Below are positions 1 through 11,710 of a stretch of DNA of 64,000 nt, piece by piece. Position numbers and translations under genes: made by a program. Each line of letters begins with the position of its first letter. Position 1 is the stretch's first letter. Source of the stretch: Mobula hypostoma (Eukaryota); NCBI RefSeq assembly GCF_963921235.1, contig NC_086097.1, forward strand, positions 255,938,001 through 256,002,000. The letters are read 5' to 3'. The notes under the pieces were generated by a model. That model was not told where the DNA came from. It worked only from the letters and a program-made list of their open reading frames with translations, and searched no databases.

Positions 1-697
1 TGAATCGCAAAAAGTTGACTTGCAGGTACAACAGGTTATTGAGAAGGCAAAAGGAATGTTGGCTTTCATTGCTAGAGGGATTGAATTCAAGAGCAGGGAG
101 GTCATGCTGCAAATATACAGGGTACTCGTAAGGCCGCAGCTGGAGTACTGTGTGCAGTTCTGGTCTCCGTACTTGAGGAGGGATGTACTGGCTTTGGAGG
201 CAGTGCAGAGGAGGTTCACCAGGTTGATTCCAGAGATGAAGGGGTTAACCTATGAGGAGAGATTGAGTCGCCTGGGACTATACTGTCTGGAGTTCAAAAG
301 AACGAGAGGGGATCTTATAGATACATACAACATTTTGAAAGGGATAGATAAGATAGAAGTAGGAGAGTTGTTTCCATTGGTGGGTGAGACTAGAACTAGG
401 GGACATTGCCTCAAGATTCAGGGGAGAAGATTTAGGACGGAGATGAGGAGAAACTGTTTTTCCCAGAGAGTGGTGAATCTGTGGAATTCTTTGCCCAGCA
501 AAGCAGTTGAGGCTTCTTCACTAAATATATTTAAGATACAGTTAGATTTTTACATAGTAGGGAATTAAGGGTTATAGGGAAAAGGCAGGTAGATGGAGCT
601 AAGTTTACAGACAGATCAGCCATGATCTTATTGAATGGCAGGGCAGGCTTGATGGGGCGGATGGCCTACTCCTGCTCCTAGATCTTATGTTCTTATG
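1..697 (+). mobile_element. CR1 LINE 3' part (RT C-terminus and 3' UTR)
   Basis: LVRPQLEYCVQFWSP and RVVNLWNSLP motifs, 3' stem-loop (gcagg...ggcctactcctgctcc) and a tcttatg tail repeat. Confidence 0.92.
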
Positions 698-2210
698 AAA
701 CTTTCCTGAACACAGTTAACAAACTCCACCCCATCCAAGTTTCTTGCTCTGAAGAGATGCCTGTCAATATTAGGAAAGTTAAAATCACCCACCACAAGAA
801 TGCTATTGTTATTGCGCCGTTCCAGAATCTGCCTCCCTATCTGCTCCCTGATGTCTCTGGTTTTAATAGTAACCCTACTATTGGGGAGGTCTATATTTAA
901 AAAAAAACACCCAGAAGAGTTATTGCCGTCTTCCTGTTTCTGTCTTCCACCCACAATGACTCAGTAGACAATGTCACCATGACTTCCTCCTTTTTTGCAG
1001 CCGTGATACTATCCCTGATTAGCAGTGCCACTTCTCCACCTCTTTTGCCTCCCTCTCTGTCCTTTTTGAAACTCCTAAAGCCATGGCACGCTCAGCAGCT
1101 GTTCCTGCCCCGAGACATCCAAGGCTTTGTAGTGGCCACAATGTCATAGTTCCACGTATTGATCCACGCTCTATGTTCATCCTTTTTTAATGATAATCCT
1201 TGTATTAAAATAGACATCTCAAAACCATCAGGCTGAATGCATCTTTGCTCTGTCATCTGCCTATCCTTCCTCATTAACTCCCTGCAAGCTGTCTCTACTT
1301 GTTTGCCAACTGCCCCATCCTCTGCCTCTGCTCTTTGGTTCCTAGCACCCTGCAAATCTAGTTTATACCCTCCCCAATAGCTTGAGCAAACATCCCTCCC
1401 AGAATATTTGTTCCCTCCAGTTCATGTGCAACCCGCCCCACTTGTACAAGTCACCCCTCCCCCAGGAAAGGTCCCAATGATCCAAGAAGTTGAAACCCTG
1501 CCCCCTGCACCATCTCCTCAGCCACTCCTTCATCTGCGCTCTCTTCCTGTCCTGACCTTCCCTAGCTTGTGGCACCAGGAATAATCTGGAGATTACCACC
1601 TTGGAGATCCTGCTCTTCAGCCTCCTTCCTAACTCCCTAAACTTACTGCACAGGACCTCTACCTCTGTCCTGTCTAGGTACCATGACCTAAGGCTTTTCG
1701 CCCTTCCCATGAATAATATTCTGCAACTGTTCAGAGAAATCCTGGCCCTAGTACCCGGGAGGCAGACCCTATCCTGGCGTCTCTTGCTGCCCCAGAATCT
1801 CCTATCTGTCCCCTATAACAATTGCTCTGCCTGACTTCACCCTATCCTGCTGAGGCTCTGAGACCACAGTGCTGTTGGTCTGGATGTTGCTGCCCTGCCC
1901 AGGTAGGTCATCCCCCTCAGCAGTATCCAAAGGGGTATACCTGTTGCTGTGGGGGATGGGCATAGGGGGAAACCATGCATTGACTTCTTTCTCCCTTTAT
2001 CCCTCTTGGTGTTCACCCATCTACTCCCTGAATTCTGCACTGTGGGTGTAACCACCTGCTCAGAAGTCTTATCTATCAATTGCTCTGGTCCAGAATGATC
2101 CTTAGTTCATCCAACTCCAGCTCCTTAATGTGGTCTTTCATGAGCTGGAGTTGGCTGTACTTCCTGCATCATGGAGACCATCAGGTTCCATGAATTCCAC
2201 ATCCCACAAG
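698..2210 (-). mobile_element. Degenerate CR1 LINE (ORF1 esterase region and APE endonuclease)
   Basis: VVGDFNFPNID, WNYDIVAT and GFNFLDHWDLSWGRGDLYK remnants in broken frames. Confidence 0.85.
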
Positions 2211-2427
2211 AGGAACGTTCCTCTGCCATACCTGCCATCCTGCCTGCACTGTACTATGGGCAACCAGTAGCAAATGGGCAATAGCAAAAGGAAAAAGTAC
2301 CCTTCGTACTTGTTTCTTTGGCCTGTCTCTTGTCAAACCTTCTAAGATCCCACTCTGACTCTAGCCCCACTCTGATGATGGCCGCACCGCTAGACCCAAT
2401 CTGTGTTTTATGGTTTAAAAAGTAGGA

Positions 2428-2635
2428 AAAATTCCCATGCAAGGAGAAAGAACTCACCACGTTTGGTGCTCCGCCTACCTTTTTTTTGCCGCTGATGCTT
2501 CTGATGTTTCCCATGCCTGCACATTGACTAGAGTTCATAAGAAAAATTCCCACAGAAAAAGAACCCGTGGTGTTTGTTGGTGCTCTGCCTGTCTTCCGCT
2601 GCTGCTGATGCCTCTGAGCTTCCCGTGCCTGTGTC
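2428..2635. repeat. Degenerate two-unit direct repeat, about 115 bp period
   Basis: aaaattccca...agaaagaac...ttggtgctc.gcct...gctgatgc.tctga...ttccc.tgcctg occurs at about 2428-2523 and 2542-2635. Confidence 0.7.
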
Positions 2636-2893
2636 CTTTCCAGCTCTCTTTGCAATCTCAACCTCACATCTTGGCTAATATTTTGAGGCATATATATGAT
2701 TCCTTAATGTTTTATTTACACTTGCAGTTTCTTAGCCCTACCCACAAAGACTCCACATTCTCTGACCTTTTGTCACCTCTTTCTAAAAATGTAGTTCTAT
2801 CCCCAACCAATAGATCCACACCACCACCTATGCCTTCTTGCCTGTGCTTTCGATACAAAGTACATCCTTTGATGTTAAGCTTCCAAGTCTTCA

Positions 2894-3983
2894 TTCCAGA
2901 ACGAAGATGTCCTTTTCAAAGAAAGGGGCTTTCCTTCCTCCACTATAAAAGTTGCCCTTGACTGCATTGCTTCCATTTCACACACATCTGATCTTATCCC
3001 ATCCTCCTGCCACGCTGCCAAGGATGGGGTTCCTCTTGTCCTCACCTACCACCACACTAGCCTCTGCATCTAGCACATAATTCTCCAAAACTTCGGCTAC
3101 CTCCCACCACCAAACACATCTTTCCCTCACCCCCACTTTGACTTCCACAGGGATCGCTTCCTACGTGACTCCCTTGTCCATTCATCCCTCTCCACTGATC
3201 TCCCTCCCGGCACTTATCCTTGCAAGTGGAACAATTGCTACACCTGCCCCTACACCACCTCCCTCACTATCATTCAGGGCCCCAAACATTCCTTCCAGGT
3301 GAGGCGACACTTCACCTGTGAGTCTATTGGGGTTATATACTGTGTTCGGTGCTCCCAGTGTGCCCTCTTGTATATTGGTGAGACCCAACGTGGATTGGGA
3401 GACTGCTTTGTTGAGCATCTGTGCGCAGTCAGGATCTCCTAGTGGCCACCCATTTTAACTTGGCTTCCCATTCCCATTCCGATATGTCCATCCAAAGCCT
3501 CACCCACTTTCGGTATAAGGCCACACTTAGGTTGGAGGACCAACACCTGATAGCATGAACATCGATTTCTCAAACTTCTAGTAGTGCCTCCCCCCCCCCA
3601 CCCCCTTCACCATTTCCCACCCGCTAGTCCCTCTCTCATGTTATCTCCTTGCTTGCCCATTGCCTCCCTCTGGTTCTCCTCTCTCTCCCCCCCCCCACTT
3701 TATTTTCTTTCTTCCATGGCTTTCTGTCTCTTTCACCAATCAACCCTAGCTCTTTGCTTCATTCCTCCCCCTCCAACTTTCACCTATTGCCTGGTATTTC
3801 TCTCTCCCCTCCCCCACCTTTCAAATCTACTCCTCAGCTTTTTTTCTCCAGTTCTGCTGAAGGGTTTCAGCCCAAAATGTCGACTGTACTTTTTTTCCCA
3901 TAGGTGCTGCATGGCCTGCTGAGTTTCTCCAGCATTTTGTGTGTGTTGCTCGGATTTCCAGCATTTGCAGATTTTCTCTTGTC
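2894..3983 (+). mobile_element. Penelope-like element 3' fragment (GIY-YIG endonuclease and pLTR), family 1
   Basis: HFTCESIGVIYCVRCSQCALLYIGET (GIY-YIG with Cys motif), a pyrimidine-rich tract and a decayed hammerhead-like motif at about 3848-3887. Confidence 0.85.
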
Positions 3984-4234
3984 CCCTGGCATATTAGTTT
4001 GAACCACTCCCAACAGCTCTATCAAACCTGCCGGCAATGATATTGGTCCCACTTGAATTCAAGTGCAACTTGTCCCTTTTGTACAGGTCACCCCTGCCTC
4101 CCTGGTCCAGTTCTTCAATTCTTCAGCCAGGAATTTATTTGCCATCTCAATCTATTCCTACCCTCACTGTCCTGTGGCACAGGTAGCAATCCTGGGATTA
4201 CTACCCATGAGATCCTACTTCTCAACTTCCTTCC

Positions 4235-5733
4235 TGAGCAGGGTGAATGTACGGAAGGCAGCTGGTCCGGATGGAATACCTGGCCGTGTGCTTAGAGTCT
4301 GTGCAGGCCAGTTGGCCGGGGTCTTCACGGTCATCTTTAATCTGTCCCTGGCCCAGGCAGTTGTCTCCACAAGCTTCAAGATCGCCACCATCGTGCCAGT
4401 GCTGAAGCATTCCACTGCCACGGGCCTGAATGTCTTCCGCCCAGTTGTACTCACCCCCATCATGGCAAAGTGCTTTGAGAGACTGGTTCCATCACATCTG
4501 AAATCCTGTCTGCCCACTACCCTGGACCCCCATCAATTTGCCGATCACACCAACAGGTCAACAGAGGACGCCATCTCCACGGCACTTCACTCTGCCCTGA
4601 CCCACCTGGACAGCCCCAACTCTTACGTCAGAATGCTGTTCATTGACTTTAGTTCGGCATTCAATACTGTGATCCCCTCCAAGCTGATCGCCAAACTTCG
4701 CCAGCTTGGTATCAGCGTATCCCTCTGCAATTGGACCTTGGACTTTCTGACTAACAGACCCCAATCAGTTAAGTTAGACAACCTCTCCTCCTCCACTCTC
4801 ACCCTAAACACCGGCGTGCCTCAAGGCTGTGTGCTGAGCCCTCTTCTGTACTCCCTTTTCACTTATGACGGTGTTGGTTCGCAGACGACACTACAGTGGT
4901 TGGCCTGGTCAGAGGGGATGACGAGATGGCCTACAGGGACTAGTTCCAGCACCTGGCTGTGTGGTGTGCCGACAACAACCTGGCCTTTAACACCCAGAAG
5001 ACCAAGGAGATCATTGTGGATGCTAGGAGCCACACTCGCGTCAACGGAGCTGTAGTGGAGCGTGTATCAAGCTTCAAGTTCTTTGGTGTCCACATTTCCA
5101 AGGAATTCACCTGGTCCCTGAACTCCTCCATCCTGATCAAAAAGGCACAATAGCGCCTTTATTTCCTGCAGAGCATCAAGAAAGCTCACCTCTGTCCCAG
5201 GATACTGATGGACTTTTACCACTGTACCATTGAGAGGATACTCACCAAATGCATCTCAGTGTGGTATGGCAATTGTCCCGTATCGGACCACAAAGCACTC
5301 CAGCGTGTGGTGAAGACTGCCCAGCCGATTATCGGCACCCAATTGCCCACCATTGAGAACATCTACCGTAAATGCTGCCTGGGCAGGGTGAAAAGCATTA
5401 TCAAGGATGCTTCTCACTCTAACCATGAACTTTTTACTCTCCTCCCATCCGGTAGGCGCTACAGGAGCCTCTGCTCCCGCACCAGCGGGCACAGGAAGAG
5501 CTTCTTCCCTGAGGCTGTGACCCTGCTGAACCTCACACCACAGCGCTAAGCAGTATTGCACCCGTATTGTGCTGTCTCAGTACTTTTATATTTGTGTGCT
5601 GTAGCACTTACTTTTTATTTGCAGTTATTTTGTAAATAACACTATTCTTTGCTTTTCTGGTTAGATGCTAACTGCATTTCATTGGCTTTGTATCTGTACT
5701 CAGCACAATGACAATAAAGTTGAATCTAATCTA
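4235..5733 (+). mobile_element. Rex1/Babar-type LINE, 5' truncated
   Basis: [48 protein letters not shown] and KSFFPEAVTLLN; AATAAA followed by an (aatct)n tail. Confidence 0.9.
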
Positions 5734-6235
5734 ACTCCCTGTATTCTGTTTTCAGGACTCTCCTCCTTGTTTCTACCAATCTCTTTGGTACCAGTGTGTA
5801 CCATGACTTCTGGCTGCTTACCCTCCCTGTGCAGGATATTGTGGATGCCGTCAGAAACATTGAGGGCCTTGGTACCTGGGAGGCAAATACCATCCGTGTT
5901 TCTTTTTTGCGTCCACAGAATCGCCTATCCGTTCCCCCTAACTGTAGAGTCCTGTATCACTGGATCCCTACCCTTCTGAGTGACAAGGTCCGACTCAGTG
6001 CCAGAGGCACAGCTAAATCCCCCAGCCCCCCCCCAACAGTACTTAAAATGGAATACTTATTGCCCCTGTAAGAAGTTCTCAGGATTTGGGGGCCTTCAAC
6101 TGTCTGAGGTGAAAGAGATGTTGTGCTTTTTCACCACACAGCCAGTACATACAGACCACGTGAGATCTTTTGTGATGTGTATGCTGAGGAACTTAAAGCT
6201 GTTCACCCTGTCAACCCCAGATCCATTGATGTCAA

Positions 6236-6463
6236 GCAACACACATCAAAGTTGCTGGTGAACGCAGCAGGCCAGGCAGCATCTCTAGGAAGAGGTGCAG
6301 TTGACGTTTCAGGGCGAGACCCTCCGTCATGGTCCTGACGAAGGGTCTCGGCCTGAAACGTCGACTGCACCTCTTCCTAGAGATGCTGCCTGGCCTGCTG
6401 CGTTCACCAGCAACTTTGATGTGTGTTGCTTGAATTTCCAGCATCTGCAGAATTCCTGTTGTT
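6236..6463. mobile_element. Palindromic non-autonomous PLE (inverted pLTR ends) with 14-bp TSD
   Basis: About 95-bp near-perfect inverted arms centred near 6330-6334. TSD tccattgatgtcaa at 6222-6235 and 6464-6477. Confidence 0.88.
6330..6367 (+). ncRNA. Minimal type I hammerhead ribozyme motif
   Basis: Stem I TGGTC/GACTG, core CTGACGA (6335-6341), stem II AGG-gtctcgg-CCT, GAAA (6355-6358), loop-less palindromic stem III ACGT and GTC cleavage triplet ending at 6362. Confidence 0.75.
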
Positions 6464-6574
6464 TCCATTGATGTCAATAGGGGTTAGACCATCTCCATTT
6501 CTCCTGTAGTCCAGCTCCTTTGTTTTTACGACATTGAGGGAGAGGTTGTTTTCTTGACACCATTGTTTCAGGGT

Positions 6575-7360
6575 TTTGAATGCTAGCATCACATTTTCCT
6601 TTCTTACCACAGACTCAACCTGTAAATTAACCTCTAGGGAAACCTCCCAAGTCCCTTTGCGCCTCAGATTTTTGAATTTTCTGTCCATTTAGAAAATAAT
6701 CTACCCTTTTATTCCTTCTACCAAATTGCACGTACTGACAGTGGTATGGTTGACAGGCAGGGCGGTGACTGGGAACAAAGAACCCTTTATTGGTTGCCTG
6801 CCAGTGATTAGTGGTGTTCCTCACGGGTCAGTATTGGGATCACTACTTTTCACATTGTTTGTCAATGATTTGGCTAATGGAATTGATGGCTTTGTGGCAA
6901 AGTTTGTGGATGATATAAAGATGAGTAGAGGGGTAGGTAACAAGTCTGTGGGAATATTTAAAGCAAAAGTTGATAGCTTTCTGATTGGGCGGGGCATCAA
7001 AGTATATGACAAGAGGGTAGGGGTATGGGGTTGAGTAGGATCCGGGATCAGCCATGATGGAAAGGCAGAACAAACTCAAAGGGATGAATGACCTAATTCT
7101 GCTGCAATGTCTTATGGTATTATCCCCCCATTACTTCCTCTCCAGCTACGTTTTCCAGTGATCTGATATTCACTCTCACTTATCTTTTATACTTTATGTA
7201 TCTTTAGAAACTTTTGTATCCTCTTTAATATTATAGGCCAGCTTATTTTCATATGCCATATTTTCCTTAATGACTTTTTTTAGTTGCTTTCTGTTGGTTT
7301 TTAAAAGTTTCCCAATCCTCTACCTTTTGTAGTATTATATGCCCTCTCCTTGGCTTTTAT
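6575..7360. mobile_element. CR1 fragments in both orientations
   Basis: Minus-strand RT piece at about 6575-6730, plus-strand GVPHGSVLG...FVDD with 3' UTR at about 6735-7120, minus-strand piece at about 7125-7360. Confidence 0.7.
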
Positions 7361-7561
7361 GTGTGATTTGAAGATTAAGGCAAAAGAAGTTTTATTACAG
7401 CTGAGTGTGTTGCCTTGCATTCCCTGTGAGGGGAGTCCCAGTCAATGCAATATAGTTCAGTGCCTTGTGTGGAATGTACTGATTTTATATCTTTGATATT
7501 GGAAATCGTGTACCTAATGAATAGCTGACTGCAGTTGAAGTAACTTTCCATCCTTTTAAGT

Positions 7562-7640
7562 CAGTGGTTCTCAATCTGGGGTCCACAGACTCCTTGGATA
7601 AGGTAAGTCTCCATGGCTTAAAAAGGGTTGGGAACTCCCG
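7562..7640. mobile_element. Degenerate hAT (Charlie-like) MITE
   Basis: Ends cagtggttctcaa ... ttgggaactcccg resemble CAGGGGTTCCCAA-type TIRs. Its right end matches, in reverse, the terminus at 63797. Confidence 0.55.
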
Positions 7641-7789
7641 ACTTAACTGATTTTGTGTTCAGTTAAAATGCGATTTAGCTCTTCATTCCATAAGTATGTT
7701 CTGTTCCATTAAGCCCCCATTTACACTATTTCTGTTCTAATCCTATTTTTATTCTCTGCACATATCCCATTAACTCCCTTCCCAGATTC

Positions 7790-7940
7790 CACCACTGACC
7801 TACATAATAGGGAAAATTTACAGTGTCTATGTGTGATGTGTGTGATCATATGCAGAATGTGCAAATTCCAGACAATACTTGAGATCAGGTTAGGAACTGG
7901 GTTGTTGGGTTGAAGCAGTAGCTCTGCTTGCTCTACACTG
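7790..7940 (-). mobile_element. Possible decayed SINE remnant
   Basis: gggaaaatttacagtg...agaatgtgcaaattccagaca resembles the antisense of fish/shark tRNA-derived SINE cores. Confidence 0.35.
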
Positions 7941-8132
7941 TCACTGGTAGAGTAGTGCTTTGTATTTATAAACTAGTCCAAATTCAGGCATGTTCTTTAA
8001 ATATTCAGGTGCACCTTGCCCATGTTGCAAATATTCTATGTAAATTAGGATAAGGAAGTGATTTTGTATGATCAATGTGGCCATGTTGTATAATGGATTA
8101 TATAACTTCCTAATGTTTCTTTTTTATTTTAG

Positions 8133-8426
8133 GCACTGATACTGTTTAACACCTGGATTATTTGTGTACTCAATTTACACTACCTCAGATTTCTTCATGT
8201 GATGCAATTTGCCCCAGTGGAAATACTGCAGCTCGTCATCTGGAATACAAAATTTGTGATTGTATAACATGACTCAGTGCTGTTTCAAAATCTGGAAAAT
8301 TCTACTGTCCTGTTAGTGTACAGCTTCAAAGTAATATTGAAAATCACTGCTCATTGGTTATTGCGACAAGAATCACCTTTTCAAGTTGTATTGCAAGTTG
8401 CTGGAGGACTTTAATGAAATGCAATC
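8133..8426 (+). promoter_or_regulatory. KBTBD2: Probable 5' UTR portion of the KBTBD2 first coding exon, with multiple uORFs
   Basis: Strong polypyrimidine tract plus AG (tgtttcttttttattttag) ending at 8132, then unique sequence up to ATG 8427 with five upstream ATGs. The upstream non-coding exon and promoter were not found in the window. Confidence 0.65.
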
Positions 8427-8596
8427 ATGTCCATTAAGGAAGAGCAGCTCATCAATAGCGAATATGCTGTATCTTTGTTGGAGCAGCTGAAATGCTTCTA
8501 TGATCAGCAATTGTTGACCGACATTGTTCTAATTGCAGAGAGCACTGAGTTCTCGTGCCATAAGATGGTTCTTGCTACGTGTAGCTCTTATTTCAG
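8427..8596 (+). CDS. KBTBD2: KBTBD2 first coding exon (BTB domain N-terminus)
   Basis: ATG at 8427 gives [57 protein letters not shown], matching the vertebrate KBTBD2 N-terminus as I recall it. Donor AG|GTAAAT at 8596/8597; 170 nt, phase 2. Not in the ORF track. Confidence 0.95.
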
Positions 8597-8611
8597 GTAA
8601 ATTGGTGATCT

Positions 8612-8709
8612 TCATATTTTTCTGTCTCATATGGCTAAATTAAACCATTGCTGAAAGGCCTCAGATTTTTCTGCTTTGTATGGTTAAATTAAACCATTGC
8701 TGAAAGGAT
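8612..8709. repeat. 49-bp tandem duplication just 3' of the KBTBD2 splice donor
   Basis: tca.atttttctg....tatgg.taaattaaaccattgctgaaagg occurs at 8612 and 8661. Confidence 0.85.
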
Positions 8710-9399
8710 GCATGGTGAAGATATTGAGATTTAAGATAGTTCATGACATCTGTTGGAGAAATGATTATGCCCATAATATGTAACTTTAGAAAAGAAGTGT
8801 GTAGTTTGGCTCTTGGATTTCACTTTGCCATTACCCCAGATTGGCAAGTTTGCAGCATGAAAGGAATGGCAGATGCTGATACAGTTTGGCACCAGCGGCA
8901 TCGCAGGAGTTGCCAGTCAGCACATTGCTAGCCAATTTGACACAAAATTGGCATGGTGGTAAGAGCCACAGAGAAATAGTTTTTATATTAGAAGCTTGTG
9001 ACCAGTGGTGTGCCATAGGAACCAGTGTTGTGTCTTTGTCATATGCAGTGCCTATGAAATTCACCCGCTTTGTAAGTTTTCATGTTTTATTGTTTTATTT
9101 TGAATCACGGGATTTATTTTGGCTTTTTTTGACACTGGTCAAACAGAAAAGAACTCTTCCGTGTCAAAGTGAAAACAGATCTCTACAAAGTGATCTAAAT
9201 TAATGACAAATATGAAACACAAAATAATTGATTGCAAAAGTATTCACCCCCTTTACTATGACATACCGAATCATCACTGGTGCAGCCAATTGTAAGTCAG
9301 ATAATTAGTTAAGTGGAGATCACCTGTGTACAGTCAAGGTATTTCAATTGATTGTAGTAAAAATACACCTGCATCTGGAAGGTTTATATATAGAACATA

Positions 9400-11710
9400 T
9401 AGAATTAGGGCAAGTGACGGAAGTCTTTGCAGGGGAGCACTTTGGTTCCAGTGATCATAACACCATTAGTTTCAATTTGATCATGGACAAGGATAGATCT
9501 GGTCCTAGGGTTGAGGTTCTGAACTGGAAGAAGGCCAAATTTGAAGAAATGAGAAAGGATCTAAAAAGCGTGGATTGGGACAGGTTGTTCTCTGGCAAAG
9601 ATGTGATTGGTAGGTGGGAACCCTTCAAAGGGGAAATTTTGAGAGTGCAGAGTTTGTATGTTCCTGTCAGGATTAAAGGCAAATTGAATAGGAATAAGGA
9701 ACCTTGGTTCTCAAGGGATATTGCAACTCTGATAAAGAAGAAGAGGGAGTTGTATGAAATGTATAGGAAACAGGGGGTAAATCAGGTGCTTGAGGAGTAT
9801 AAGAAGTGCAAGAAAATACTTAAGAAAGAAATCAGGAGGGCTAAAAGAAGACATGAGGTTGCCTTGGCAGTCAAAGTGAAGGATAATCCAAAGAGCTTTT
9901 ACAAGTATATTAAGAGCAAAAGGATTGTAAGGGATAAAATTGGTCCTCTTGAAGATCAGAGTGGTCGGCTTTGTGCGGAACCAAAGGAAATGGGGGAGAT
10001 CTTAAATAGGTTTTTTGCGTCTGTATTTACTAAGGAAGCTGGCATGAAATCTATGGAATTGAGGGAATCAAGTATTGAGACCATGGAAACTGTACAGATT
10101 GAAAAGGAGGAGGTGCTTGCTGCCTTGAGGAAAATTAAAGTGGATAAATCCCCGGGACCTGACAGAGTGTTCCCTCGGACCTTGAAGGAGACTAGTGTTG
10201 AAATTGCGGGGGCCCAGGCAGAAATATTTAAAATGTCGCTGTCTACGGGTGAAGTGCCGGAGGATTGGAGAGTGGCTCATGTTGTTCCGTTGTTTAAAAA
10301 AGGATCGAAAAGTAATACGGGAAATTATAGGCTGGTGAGTTTCACGTCAGTAGTAGGTAAGTTATTGGAGGGAGTACTAAGACAGAATCTACAAGCATTT
10401 GGATAGACAGGGGCTTATTAGGGAGAGTCAACATCGCTTTGTGCGTGGTAGGTCATGTTTGACCAATCTGTTGGAGTTTTTCAAGGAGGTTACCAGGAAA
10501 GTGGATGAAGGGAAGGCAGTGGATATTGTCTACATGGATTTCAGTAAGACCTTTGACAAGGTCCCGCATGGGAGGTTAGTTAGGAAAATTCAGTCGCTAG
10601 GTATACATGGAGAGGTGGTAAATTGGATTAGACATTGGCTCGATGGAAGAAGCCAGAGAATGGTGGTAGAGAATTGCTTCTCTGAGTGGAGGCCTGTGAC
10701 TAGTGGTGTGCCACAGGGATCAGTGCTGGGTCCATTGTTATTTGTCATCTATATCAATGATCTGGATGATAATGTGGTAAATTGGATCAGCAAGTTTGCT
10801 GATGATACAAAGCTTGGAGGTGTAGTAGACAGTGAGGAAGGTTTTCAGAACCTGCAGAGGGACTTGGACCAGCTGGAAAAATGGGCTGAAAAATGGCAGA
10901 TGGAGTTTAATACTGACAAGTGTGAGGTATTGCACGTTGGAAGGACAAACCAAGGTAGAACATACAGGGTTAATGGTAAGGCACTGAGGAGTGCAGTGGA
11001 ACAGAGGGATCTGGGAATACAGATACAAAATTCCCTAAAAGTGTTGTCACAGGTAGATAGGGTCGTAAAGAGAGCTTTTGGTACATTGGCCTTTATTAAT
11101 CAAAGTATTGAGTATAAGAGCTGGAATGTTATGATGAGGTTGTATAAGGCATTGGTGAGGCCGAATCTGGAGTATTGTGTTCAGTTTTGGTCACCAAATT
11201 ACAGGAAGGATATAAATAAGGTTGAAAGAGTGCAGAGAAGGTTTACAAGGATGTTGCCGGGACTTGAGAAACTCAGTTACAGAGAAAGGTTGAGTAGGTT
11301 AGGACTTTATTCCCTGGAGCGTAGAAGAATGAGGGGAGATTTGATAGAGGTATATAAAATTATGATGGGTATAGATAGAGTGAATGCAAGCAGGCTTTTT
11401 CCACTGAGGCAAGGGGAGAAAAAAACCAGAGGACATGGGTTAAGGGTGAGGGGGGAAAAGTTTAAAGGGAAGATTAGGGGGGGGCTTCTTCACACAGAGA
11501 GTGGTGGGAGTATGGAATGAGCTGCCAGACGAGGTGGTAAATGCGGGTTCTTTTTTAACATTTGAGAATAAATTGGACAGATACATGGATGGGAGGTGTA
11601 TGGAGGGATATGGTCCGTGTGCAGGTCAGTGGGACTAGGCAGAAAATGGTTCGGCACAGCCAAGGAGGGCCAAAGGGCCTGTTTCTGTGCTGTAGTTTCT
11701 ATGGTTCTAT
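9400..11710 (+). mobile_element. Young CR1 LINE (subfamily A), 5' truncated in EN; ORF2 frameshifted
   Basis: ORFs 9348-10406 and 10399-11520 with SDHN, KSPGPD, QGSVLGP and KFADD; ttctatgg tail. Confidence 0.95.

Larger units (their letters stand above)
2700..6060 (-). mobile_element. Old CR1 LINE split into pieces (about 2700-2893, 3984-4234, 5733-6060)
   Basis: EN remnant (GGGVDLLV, ESLWVGLRN) and ORF1 esterase remnants, interrupted by a PLE and a Rex1/Babar element. Confidence 0.7.
6061..6570 (-). mobile_element. Rex1/Babar LINE fragment hosting a palindromic PLE insertion
   Basis: [31 protein letters not shown]; homologous to about 31965-32600. Confidence 0.8.

Noticed and set aside
3845..3890. 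Functional hammerhead in the 2894-3983 PLE
   Set aside because: The core is mutated (CTGCTGA, AAAATGTC); it is a remnant only.
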